Below are positions 55,742-64,000 of a stretch of DNA of 64,000 nucleotides, in pieces. The stretch is from assembly GCA_963763015.1 (NCBI GenBank), contig CAVXML010000006.1:302050-366049 (forward strand), given 5' to 3'. The notes under the pieces were generated by a model. That model worked only from the letters and a program-made list of their open reading frames with translations. It had not been told where the DNA came from and made no database searches. The DNA is from an uncultured Actinomycetota bacterium. GTDB lineage: Bacteria > Actinomycetota > Actinomycetes > Actinomycetales > Dermatophilaceae. How positions within the stretch are numbered: the first letter of the stretch is position 1; each line of letters begins with the position of its first letter. Made by a program: the position numbers and the translations under genes.

Positions 55742-56835
55742 ACAGCTGGGCCCGCCACGACGTCGGGCTCTACCTCGCCGCCGGAGGGGCGTCTGTGGTC
55801 GGCTCTCTCCTCGTGTGGTCGGCCACGGCGCGCACCGACGGTGCGGCATACCTGGTCCGTCACCTCGTCGCCGCGGGGCTGGGCGCCGGGCTCGCCGTGC
55901 TCGTGAGCCGCGCCGGCCAGTACCGGGTGAGGATGTCGGCACCGTGGGTGTACGGCGGTTCGCTCCTCGCGCTGCTGGCGGTGCTGACGCCGCTCGGGCG
56001 CACCGTGAACGGGTCGCGGTCGTGGATCCCGCTGGTCGGCGGCTTCACCGTGCAGCCGGCCGAGGTCGCGAAGGTGGGTCTGTGCCTGGCGCTCGCGACG
56101 CTTCTGGCCACCCGCGTCGACCGGGGGCTCGCGCCCGGCCTGCGCGAGCTGCTGCTCGCGGCGCTCCTGGTGGCGCTGCCCGTCGTCCTCGTCCTGATGC
56201 AGCCGGACCTCGGTTCCGCCGGGGTCGTCCTCGCCCTCGGTGCCGTCGTCGTGGCGGTGGCCGGCGCCCCGCGCCGCTGGCTGGTCGGCGCCAGCCTGCT
56301 CGCAGCGGCCGTGGTGGTCCTCGTGCTCACGACTCCGGTTCTCACCGACTACCAGCGCGACCGCATCACCTCCTTCGCCGACCCCTCCGCGGACCCCCAG
56401 GGCAGCGGCTACCAGACGCGGCAGGTCCGGCTCGCGATCGGCGCCGGAGGACTGTGGGGGCGTGGCTTCATGGAGGGGGAGCGCACCCAGGGGGGTCTCG
56501 TGCCGTACCAGCTCAACGACTTCGTCTTCTCGGTGGCCGGCGAGGAGCTCGGGTTCGTGGGCGCCGGGGGGCTGATCGTGCTCCTGGCCTTCGTCGTGGT
56601 GCGGATCCTGGTCGTCGCGTCGCGGGCCGGGGACGGCTTCGGACGGCTCCTGGGAGTCGGGGTGGCGGCGTGGCTGGCGGTGCAGGTGGTGCAGAACGTC
56701 GGCATGAACCTCGGCCTTCTCCCGGTCACGGGGCTGCCGTTGCCCTTCGTGTCGTACGGGGGGTCCTCGATGGTGGTCTGCTGGGTGGCCGTGGGGCTCG
56801 TGGATGCCGCCCACGTCGAGGCGACCCGCCGGTAA
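55705..56835 (+). CDS. SEDS family peptidoglycan polymerase (RodA/FtsW-like)
   Basis: GSRSWI, QPAEVAK, QPDLG, GYQ...AIGAGG, DFVFSVAGEELG, GLPLPFVSYGGSS. Start uncertain; GTG 55705 overlaps ribF by 37 nt. Confidence 0.88.
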   Translation: MSRAADQDRPGLNSWARHDVGLYLAAGGASVVGSLLVWSATARTDGAAYLVRHLVAAGLGAGLAVLVSRAGQYRVRMSAPWVYGGSLLALLAVLTPLGRTVNGSRSWIPLVGGFTVQPAEVAKVGLCLALATLLATRVDRGLAPGLRELLLAALLVALPVVLVLMQPDLGSAGVVLALGAVVVAVAGAPRRWLVGASLLAAAVVVLVLTTPVLTDYQRDRITSFADPSADPQGSGYQTRQVRLAIGAGGLWGRGFMEGERTQGGLVPYQLNDFVFSVAGEELGFVGAGGLIVLLAFVVVRILVVASRAGDGFGRLLGVGVAAWLAVQVVQNVGMNLGLLPVTGLPLPFVSYGGSSMVVCWVAVGLVDAAHVEATRR

Positions 56836-56909
56836 CAACCCGTTCCCTTGTGCAGGCCCGGTGTGACAGGATGCGCGCACAACGCCCCCAATGATGAGGA
56901 CGATGCTCG

Positions 56910-58781
56910 ATGCTCACCGCTTCTCCCCAGATCCAATCCCCGGCCGACGAACCTGTCGACCAGTCCGTCCTTGACAACGAGGCCCAGAGCGTCGGCCACC
57001 TGTTCCGGGACCGGGTGGCCGCCACGCCGGACCGGCCGGCCTACATGCACGCCGTCGTCTCCGAGTCCGGCGACGAGTGGGTGACCGTGACGTGGTCCGA
57101 GCTCGACGAGGTGGTCCGCGAGATCGGTGCCGGGCTCATCGCCCTCGGGGTCGAACCTGAGGACCGGGTGGCGATCGCGTCGAGCACGAGGTACGAGTGG
57201 GCCCTCGCGGACCTCGCCACGATGGTGGCCGGCGGCGCGACGACGACGATCTACCCGACGACCATGGCCGACGACGTGGCGTTCATCCTCTCCGACTCCG
57301 GGGCCAAGGTCGTCTTCGCGGAGAACGCCGAGCAGCTCGAGAAGCTCCGCTCGATCCACGGGAACACGCCGTCGGTGACCCGCGTGGTCGTGTTCGACGG
57401 CGCGGCCGACACCGACTCCTGGACGCTCACGCTCGAGGAGGTGCGCCAGCTCGGCCGGGAGTACCTCGCCGGTGACCCGGGGGCGATCGACGCGAGGATC
57501 GACGGCATCCGGCACGACCAGCTCGCGACGATCATCTACACCTCGGGGACGACCGGACGCCCCAAGGGTGTCCGCCTGCGGCACAGCGCGTGGACCTACG
57601 AGGGCGCCGCGGTGGCCTCCACCAACATCCTCTCGGAGGACGACCTGCAGTACCTCTGGCTCCCGCTCGCCCACGTCTTCGGCAAGGTGCTCCTGACCCT
57701 TCCGCTGCAGATCGGCTTCCCCACCGCAATCGACGGGCGGATCGACAAGATCGTCGACAACCTCGCCGTCGTCAAGCCCACCTTCATGGGTGCCGCGCCA
57801 CGCATCTTCGAGAAGGCCTACGGGCGCATCTCGACGATGATGCAGAGCGAGGGCGGCCCCAAGCACAAGCTCTTCGTCTGGGCGAGCGGCGTGGGTCGCG
57901 AGGTGAGCGAGCTTCGCGAGCAGGGGAAGAACCCCACCGGGCTGTTGGGAATCAAGTACGCCATCGCCGACAAGGTGATCGGCACCAAGATCCGCGAGCG
58001 TTTCGGGGGACGGATCCGGTTCTTCATCTCCGGCTCGGCCGCACTCAACCAGGACGTCGCGCGGTGGTTCGACGCCATGGGGATGCAGATCCTCGAGGGC
58101 TACGGCATGACCGAGACGGCCGCGGCCTCGTTCGTCAACCGGCCACAGGGGTACCGCTACGGCAGCGTGGGCTGGCCGCTCCCGGCGACCGAGGTGCGGA
58201 TCGCCGAGGACGGCGAGGTGCTCCTGCGCGGCCCCGGCAACATGGAGGGGTACCACAACAACCCCGAGGCCACCGCCGAGACGATCGACTCCGAGGGGTG
58301 GCTGCACACCGGCGACATCGGCGAGCTCGACGACCGGGGTTTCCTGCGTATCACCGACCGCAAGAAGGACCTGTTCAAGACCAGTGGTGGCAAGTACGTG
58401 GCCCCCTCGATCATCGAGTCGACCTTCAAGGGCCTGTGCCCCTACGCGAGCCAGCTCGTCGTGCACGGCGCAGACCGCAACTTCGTGTCGGCCCTGGTCA
58501 CCCTCGACCCCGACGCCGTCCAGGGCTGGGCGGCCCAGAACGGCATGGAGGGGGCGTCGTACGAGGAGATCGTCTCCTCGCCCGCCTGCCGTGAGATGGT
58601 CGAGGGCTACGTCGACCAGCTCAACCAGAACCTCAACCGCTGGGAGACGATCAAGAAGTTCACGATCCTCGACACCGACCTCACGGTGGAAGAGGGTGAG
58701 CTCACGCCCAGCCTGAAGCTGAAGCGCAAGGTGGTCGCGGAGAAGTACAAGGACCACCTCGACGCGCACTACACCGCCTGA
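56910..58781 (+). CDS. fadD: Long-chain fatty acyl-CoA synthetase (AMP-binding)
   Basis: IYTSGTTGRPKG, EGYGMTE, HTGDIG, ITDRKKDL. Confidence 0.9.
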   Translation: MLTASPQIQSPADEPVDQSVLDNEAQSVGHLFRDRVAATPDRPAYMHAVVSESGDEWVTVTWSELDEVVREIGAGLIALGVEPEDRVAIASSTRYEWALADLATMVAGGATTTIYPTTMADDVAFILSDSGAKVVFAENAEQLEKLRSIHGNTPSVTRVVVFDGAADTDSWTLTLEEVRQLGREYLAGDPGAIDARIDGIRHDQLATIIYTSGTTGRPKGVRLRHSAWTYEGAAVASTNILSEDDLQYLWLPLAHVFGKVLLTLPLQIGFPTAIDGRIDKIVDNLAVVKPTFMGAAPRIFEKAYGRISTMMQSEGGPKHKLFVWASGVGREVSELREQGKNPTGLLGIKYAIADKVIGTKIRERFGGRIRFFISGSAALNQDVARWFDAMGMQILEGYGMTETAAASFVNRPQGYRYGSVGWPLPATEVRIAEDGEVLLRGPGNMEGYHNNPEATAETIDSEGWLHTGDIGELDDRGFLRITDRKKDLFKTSGGKYVAPSIIESTFKGLCPYASQLVVHGADRNFVSALVTLDPDAVQGWAAQNGMEGASYEEIVSSPACREMVEGYVDQLNQNLNRWETIKKFTILDTDLTVEEGELTPSLKLKRKVVAEKYKDHLDAHYTA

Positions 58782-58794
58782 CCCTCGCGTCCGA

Positions 58795-58877
58795 CTCCCC
58801 GACTTCGTCTGTCGGGGTGCCACGACACGCCGCAGCGGCGGCGTGTCGGCACCCATCTGACAGACGAAGTCGGGGAG
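58795..58877. repeat. REP/MITE-like palindromic element, copy 2, between convergent genes
   Basis: 19-bp perfect TIR CTCCCCGACTTCGTCTGTC / GACAGACGAAGTCGGGGAG; internal hairpin GTGCC...GACACGCCGC...GCGGCGTGTC...GGCAC. Confidence 0.85.
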
Positions 58878-58896
58878 GACCCGGAGGGGTGAGGCG

Positions 58897-59484
58897 TCAG
58901 TCGGTGATCAGCGGCACGAACCGGTAGGCCCCGTGGGTGCTCACCCTGCGCCCACCCTCGGCTGTCTCGTCGCGCTGCACCCGCAGCATCCGCCCGCCGA
59001 CCGGCGCCACGAGGATGCCGTCCGGCCGCAGCTGGGCGACGAGCTCCTCCGGCAGGGTCCTTGCCATGGCCGAGACGAGGATCCGGTCGAAGGGCGCCTC
59101 GTCGGGCGCCCCGAGCACCCCCGGCGCCGCCGCGCGGATGCGAGCCCACGGCATCCGCTCGGCAGCAACGGCAGCCGAGCCCGACACCACGAGATCCGGC
59201 ACGCGCTCCACCCCGAGGACAGACCCGGTCGGGCCCACGAGCTCGGCCAGCAGCGCGGTGGTCCAGCCCGAGCCCGAACCGACGTCGAGGACCCGGTGCC
59301 CGGGGCCGACGTCGAGGAGCTCGATCATCGCGAGCACGGTGCTCGGCTGGCTGTTCGTCTGGCCGTGCCCGATGTCGAGGGGGCCGTCGTGGCGGGCCCT
59401 CCGCCGGACCGCTCGGGGGAGGAACCGCTCGCGAGGGTGGGCCGCCATCGCGGCCTGCACGCGCTCCCGGCCCGCCACGCTCAC
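58897..59484 (-). CDS. pcm: Protein-L-isoaspartate O-methyltransferase family
   Basis: PRERFLP, IGHGQTNSQP, VLDVGSGSGWTTALLA, PFDRILVSA, YRFVPL. Confidence 0.85.
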   Translation of the reverse strand: MSVAGRERVQAAMAAHPRERFLPRAVRRRARHDGPLDIGHGQTNSQPSTVLAMIELLDVGPGHRVLDVGSGSGWTTALLAELVGPTGSVLGVERVPDLVVSGSAAVAAERMPWARIRAAAPGVLGAPDEAPFDRILVSAMARTLPEELVAQLRPDGILVAPVGGRMLRVQRDETAEGGRRVSTHGAYRFVPLITD

Positions 59485-60860
59485 CCCGCCAGGTCTGCCA
59501 GGGCGGTCTCGACCGCACGGGTGAAGGTCGGGTACGCGAGGGGCATCGCCCGCAGGGTGGTCGTCGGGATGCGCGCGTGCACCGCCGTCGCCAGCATCGA
59601 GAGCACCTCCCCGCCCATGGGTCCCACCGAGGTCGCCCCGACCAGGTGGCCCGCGGTGCGGTCCTCGACGAGCTTGATGACGCCCCTCCCTCCGGGCCCG
59701 TGGATCCAGCCGCGCGTCGAGGCGGCCAGGGGTGCGCAGCCCACGGCGACCTCGACCCCTGCCTCGCGGGCCCGCTCCTCCGTCATCCCGACCGAGCCGA
59801 CCTCGGGGTCCGTGTAGGTCACCCGGGGCACCGCGTGGTACTCCGCCGGGGAACCGTCGCGCCCGAGGACGTCGCGCAGGGCGACCGCCGCCTGGTACAT
59901 CGACACGTGCGTGAACGCCCCCTTCCCCGTGATGTCGCCGATCGCCCAGAGGCGGTTCCCGGCGCGCATCCGCTCGTCGGTGTCGACGGCATGCGATGAC
60001 GGGTCCAGTCCCACGGAGTCGAGCCCGATGTCGCTGAGGTTGGGTCGTCGTCCGGCCGCCACGAGGAGCTCGTCGGCGACCACCTCCCGCGCGTCGCCGC
60101 CGGCGTCCGTCACCTCGAGGGTGAACGAGCCCGCTGCGTGCCGCACCGAGTGCACGGACGCGCCGGCCAGCACCTCGACACCGTCCTCGCCGAGGGCCTC
60201 GGCCACGACGTCGGACGCCTCGGGCTCCTCGGCCGCGAGGATGCGCGGTGCCGCCTCGACGAGCGTGACCCGCGTCCCGAACCTCGCGAACGCCTGGGCC
60301 AGCTCGACGCCGATCGCTCCGCCGCCCACGACGACCATGGATGCCGGGAGCCGCGGCGTGGCGAGCGCCTCCCGGTTCGTCCAGTACGGGGTGTCCTCGA
60401 GGCCGTCCACCGGGGGAGCGGAGGGAGTGGTGCCGGTGTTGAGCACGACCCCACGGGCAGCGGTGTAGCGGGTGCCGTCGACCTCGACCACGCCCGGGGC
60501 CGTGAGTCGGCCATGGCCGCGCACGAAGTGCACGCCCGCCTTCTCGAGACGCTCGACCGCCACTCGGTCGTCCCAGTCGTCGGTCGCCTCGTCCCGGATG
60601 CGCCGGTGGACGGCACCCCAGTCGAGCACGACGTCGGCGTCGCCGGCCAGCATGGCCACCCGGCGCGCCTCGGCCACGGTGTTCGCGGCCCGGATGGCCA
60701 TCTTCGAGGGGACGCATCCGTAGTAGGGGCACTCCCCTCCCACGAGCCGCTCGTCGATCCCGACGACCGACAGGCCGGCCCGAGCCGCCTCGGTCGCGAG
60801 GTGCTCGCCGCCGGGTCCGAGCCCGAGGACGACGAGGTCGACGGTGCGATCGCTGTTCAT
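59481..60860 (-). CDS. Class I pyridine nucleotide-disulfide oxidoreductase (Lpd/MerA-like)
   Basis: GLGPGG, GGECPYYGCVPSK, GGGAIGVE, AIGD, FTH, TYTDPE; C-terminal AYPT. Confidence 0.88.
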   Translation of the reverse strand: MNSDRTVDLVVLGLGPGGEHLATEAARAGLSVVGIDERLVGGECPYYGCVPSKMAIRAANTVAEARRVAMLAGDADVVLDWGAVHRRIRDEATDDWDDRVAVERLEKAGVHFVRGHGRLTAPGVVEVDGTRYTAARGVVLNTGTTPSAPPVDGLEDTPYWTNREALATPRLPASMVVVGGGAIGVELAQAFARFGTRVTLVEAAPRILAAEEPEASDVVAEALGEDGVEVLAGASVHSVRHAAGSFTLEVTDAGGDAREVVADELLVAAGRRPNLSDIGLDSVGLDPSSHAVDTDERMRAGNRLWAIGDITGKGAFTHVSMYQAAVALRDVLGRDGSPAEYHAVPRVTYTDPEVGSVGMTEERAREAGVEVAVGCAPLAASTRGWIHGPGGRGVIKLVEDRTAGHLVGATSVGPMGGEVLSMLATAVHARIPTTTLRAMPLAYPTFTRAVETALADLAG

Positions 60861-60983
60861 GGGGCTAGCCAAACACGCGCGCACGTCGTGCGTCAGCCCA
60901 CCGCGCCCCGCCGATTTCCGTCGACCCGGTCGAGCGAGCGTGCGGGGTTTGGGGCACATGTCCGAGCCACATACCCTTGGTGG

Positions 60984-62966
60984 ATGCCCGGACAGTCCGT
61001 CTTCCGCTCCCTCGAGCCCTTGCTCGAGCAGGTGAGCAAGCCGATCCAGTACGTGGGCGGCGAGCTGAACTCGACCGTCAAGGACTGGGACGTCGCCGGC
61101 GACGCCACCGTCCGCTGGGCGCTGATGTACCCCGACGCCTACGAGGTCGGTGTGCCGAACCAAGGCGTCATGATCCTGTACGAAGTGCTCAACGAGCGCC
61201 CCGACGCGCTGGCCGAGCGCACCTACGCCGTGTGGCCCGACCTCGAGGCGCTCATGCGTGAGAACGGGGTGCCCCAGTTCACCGTCGACGCGCACCGGGC
61301 GGTGGGCGACTTCGACCTGCTGGGCATCTCCTTCTCGACCGAGCTCGGCTACACCAACATGCTCACCGCGCTCGACCTGGCCGGCATCCCGCTCCACGCC
61401 GCCGACCGCGACGACACGCACCCGATCGTGGTGGCGGGCGGCCACGCCGCGTTCAACCCGGAGACGATCGCCGACTTCGTCGACGCCGCCGTGGTGGGGG
61501 ACGGCGAGGAGGCCGTGCTGGCCATCACCGACATCGTCGGCGCCTGGAAGGGCGAGGGGATGCCGGGTGGCCGCCGTGAGCTCCTCCTGCGCCTGGCGCG
61601 GACCGGTGGGGTCTACGTGCCGGCGTTCTACGACGTGAGCTACCTGCCGGACGGGCGGATCCAGCGGATCGCCCCCAGCCCGGATGCCCCCGGCGTCCCG
61701 TGGCGGGTCGCGAAGCACACCGTCATGGACCTCGACGCGTGGCCGTACCCCAAGCAGCCGCTCGTGCCACTCGCCGAGTCGGTGCACGAGCGGATGTCGG
61801 TCGAGATCTTCCGCGGCTGCACCCGGGGCTGCCGGTTCTGCCAGGCCGGCATGATCACCCGCCCGGTGCGTGAGCGCAGCATCACCGGCATCGGCGAGAT
61901 GGTCGAGCGCGGCCTGGCCGCCACGGGCTTCGAGGAGGTGGGGCTGCTCTCGCTGAGCTCGGCCGACCACTCCGAGATCGCCGACGTCACGAAGGGCCTG
62001 GCCGACCGCTACGAGGGCACGAACACCGGGCTGTCGCTGCCGTCGACGCGGGTCGACGCCTTCAACATCGACCTCGCGAACGAGCTGACCCGAAACGGCC
62101 GCCGCTCCGGGCTGACCTTCGCGCCCGAGGGCGGGTCCGAGCGGATCCGCAAGGTCATCAACAAGATGGTCAGCGAGGACGACCTGATCCGCACCGTCGC
62201 GGCGGCCTACGGGGCCGGCTGGCGCCAGGTGAAGCTCTACTTCATGTGCGGTCTGCCGACCGAGACCGACGAGGACGTCCTCCAGATCGCCGAGCTCGCC
62301 AAGCGGGTCATCGACACCGGCCGCGAGGTGAGCGGCCGCCGCGACATCCGCTGCACGGTCTCGATCGGTGGGTTCGTGCCCAAGCCGCACACGCCGTTCC
62401 AGTGGGCCGCCCAGCTGGGCGCCGAGGAGACCGACGCGCGGCTGGACAAGCTGCGTCAGGCGATCCGCTCCGACCGGCGCTACGGCTCGGCCATCGGGTT
62501 CCGCTACCACGACGGCAAGCCCGGCATCGTCGAGGGGCTGCTCTCGCGCGGCGACCGCAGGGTCGGCCGGGTCATCGAGGCGGTGTGGCGCGACGGCGGG
62601 CGCTTCGACGGCTGGTCGGAGCACTTCTCCTACGACCGCTGGATGGCCGCCGCCGAGCGCGAGCTGGCTCCCTTCGGCGTCGACGTCGCCTGGTACACCA
62701 CCCGCGAGCGCGGGGAGACCGAGGTGCTCGCCTGGGACCACATCGACTCCGGCCTCGACAAGGAGTGGCTCTGGCAGGACTGGCTCGACGCGCTCGACGA
62801 GACCGAGGTCGAGGACTGCCGCTGGACGCCGTGCTTCGACTGCGGCGTCTGCCCCCAGATGGGCACCGAGATCGAGATCGGGCCCACCGGCAAGACGCTC
62901 CTGCCGCTCACCGTCCTCGGTGCCGGCCGAGCCCAGATGGCCGAGCACGTCCACGCCCACTCCTGA
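60984..62966 (+). CDS. TIGR03960-type B12-binding radical SAM protein
   Basis: KPIQYVGGELN, YPDAYEVG, EIFRGCTRGCRFCQAG, FVPKPHTPFQW, C-terminal CFDCGVC; TACCCT box 6 nt before the ATG. Confidence 0.9.
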   Translation: MPGQSVFRSLEPLLEQVSKPIQYVGGELNSTVKDWDVAGDATVRWALMYPDAYEVGVPNQGVMILYEVLNERPDALAERTYAVWPDLEALMRENGVPQFTVDAHRAVGDFDLLGISFSTELGYTNMLTALDLAGIPLHAADRDDTHPIVVAGGHAAFNPETIADFVDAAVVGDGEEAVLAITDIVGAWKGEGMPGGRRELLLRLARTGGVYVPAFYDVSYLPDGRIQRIAPSPDAPGVPWRVAKHTVMDLDAWPYPKQPLVPLAESVHERMSVEIFRGCTRGCRFCQAGMITRPVRERSITGIGEMVERGLAATGFEEVGLLSLSSADHSEIADVTKGLADRYEGTNTGLSLPSTRVDAFNIDLANELTRNGRRSGLTFAPEGGSERIRKVINKMVSEDDLIRTVAAAYGAGWRQVKLYFMCGLPTETDEDVLQIAELAKRVIDTGREVSGRRDIRCTVSIGGFVPKPHTPFQWAAQLGAEETDARLDKLRQAIRSDRRYGSAIGFRYHDGKPGIVEGLLSRGDRRVGRVIEAVWRDGGRFDGWSEHFSYDRWMAAAERELAPFGVDVAWYTTRERGETEVLAWDHIDSGLDKEWLWQDWLDALDETEVEDCRWTPCFDCGVCPQMGTEIEIGPTGKTLLPLTVLGAGRAQMAEHVHAHS

Positions 62967-63014
62967 CTCGGCCGCTCACCGCACCCCCCGGCCACCCGAC
63001 CCCGCTCCGGCCCG

Positions 63015-63091
63015 TCGACGCAACCTCTGCTAGCAGAGGTTGCGTCGAGGACCACAGGGTGCACCCTGTGGTCGTGTACCCAACCTCTGCT
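63015..63091. repeat. Adjacent perfect palindromes (34 bp and 24 bp) forming a third palindromic repeat type
   Basis: TCGACGCAACCTCTGCTAGCAGAGGTTGCGTCGA (63015-63048) and GACCACAGGGTGCACCCTGTGGTC (63050-63073); CAACCTCTGCT recurs at 63081-63091. Confidence 0.85.
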
Positions 63092-63176
63092 GGGCGAAAG
63101 TGCAGACGGAACACCGGGTTGTGTCGTCGCCCGCATGCCCAGGATGCCCATGCCTCGCCGGTGACAGGATGAGGCC

Positions 63177-64000
63177 GTGGCCTCCCCGAGCACGAGCAGC
63201 CGTCGGCGGTCGCTGCTCATGGGCACCGACTCGGGGCGGGATGCCGTCCGCCGCATCGCCGTGGCGGTGCTGGCCCTCGGCATGGTCACGATCGTTGGGA
63301 CGGTCGGCTACGTCGCGCTGGGCTTCGGTCCGATGGACGCGCTCTACCAGACCGTCACGACCGTGGCCACCGTGGGCTTCCGTGAGGTACAGCCTCTCGA
63401 CCACGCGGGCCAGCTGTTCACCATGGTCCTCATCGTCCTGGGCGTCGGGACCGTGCTCTACAACCTCGGGGTCCTCGTCGAGGCCGTCACCGAGGGCCAC
63501 CTGCGCGAGCACCTCTGGAGGCGTCGCATGGACCGGGACATCGCGCGGCTGCGCGACCACGTCATCGTGTGCGGGCACGGCCGGGTCGGCCGCGCCGCGA
63601 GCCGCCACCTGCTCGACGAGGGGCACGCCGTCGTCGTGGTGGACAGCGACCCGAGCCGGCTCGAGGGGCTCACCGACCCGCATGTCCTCGGCGACGCGGC
63701 GCGCGACGACATCCTGCGGGAGGCCGGCATCGAGCACGCGCGCGCGCTGATCTGCGCGCTCGGGACGGATGCCGAGACGATGTACGCGACACTCTCGGCA
63801 CGGGCCCTCCGGCCGGACCTCGTGATCATCAGCCGGGCCCGCACCCTGGACTCCAAGGAGAAGCTGGTCCTCGCCGGGGCCACCCGGGCGGTCAACCCAC
63901 AGCTCATCGGCGGGCGCCGGATGGCCTCGTTCGCCCTCCACGCCGACGTGGCGGAGTTCCTCGACGAGGTCATGCACGAGGACGACCTCGACTTCCGAAT
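63177..64000 (+). CDS. Two-TM potassium channel with TrkA-N/RCK domain, truncated by the window edge
   Basis: Hand translation: DALYQTVTTVATVGFREV pore segment, HVIVCGHGRVG Rossmann motif, LAGATRAVNP. Not in the ORF track because no stop lies inside the window. Confidence 0.85.
   Translation, partial: MASPSTSSRRRSLLMGTDSGRDAVRRIAVAVLALGMVTIVGTVGYVALGFGPMDALYQTVTTVATVGFREVQPLDHAGQLFTMVLIVLGVGTVLYNLGVLVEAVTEGHLREHLWRRRMDRDIARLRDHVIVCGHGRVGRAASRHLLDEGHAVVVVDSDPSRLEGLTDPHVLGDAARDDILREAGIEHARALICALGTDAETMYATLSARALRPDLVIISRARTLDSKEKLVLAGATRAVNPQLIGGRRMASFALHADVAEFLDEVMHEDDLDFR

Noticed and set aside
52889-58877. Composite transposon bounded by the two TIR elements
   Set aside because: The enclosed genes are syntenic housekeeping genes (rbfA, truB, ribF); no transposase or target-site duplication seen.
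59481-60860. Mercuric reductase MerA
   Set aside because: No N-terminal HMA domain, no C-terminal Cys-Cys and no mer operon genes.

Overview
High-GC (roughly 72%) actinobacterial chromosomal window. Gene order and content suggest Micrococcales, perhaps Intrasporangiaceae (inference only). The backbone is the conserved run rpsB-tsf-pyrH-frr-cdsA-rlmN ... dxr-rseP-ispG-GNAT-proS ... rimP-nusA-ylxR-infB-rbfA-truB-ribF. Accessory genes are interleaved: a secreted nuclease/5'-nucleotidase fusion, a copper monooxygenase lipoprotein, a ~12 kb polyamine uptake and catabolism cluster, a stand-alone DnaB motor-domain ATPase, a hemerythrin/LuxR divergon, an SBP-vWA protein, an AbiEi/DUF559-type nuclease and others. 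I found no rRNA, tRNA, CRISPR array, integrase or transposase. The most striking signals lie outside the protein calls. (1) Three translationally coupled micro-ORFs (MSTR*, MSTQR*, MSTPQL*) are chained by ATGA overlaps directly upstream of the IF2 gene. (2) The non-palindromic octamer GGATGCCG/CGGCATCC is strongly over-represented: 67 copies by manual count versus about 5-6 expected from base composition. (3) The DUF559-type nuclease gene is bracketed by two 57-bp palindromic direct repeats that each begin with that octamer. (4) Two further families of palindromic intergenic repeats are present. Start codons were chosen by eye and are approximate where noted.
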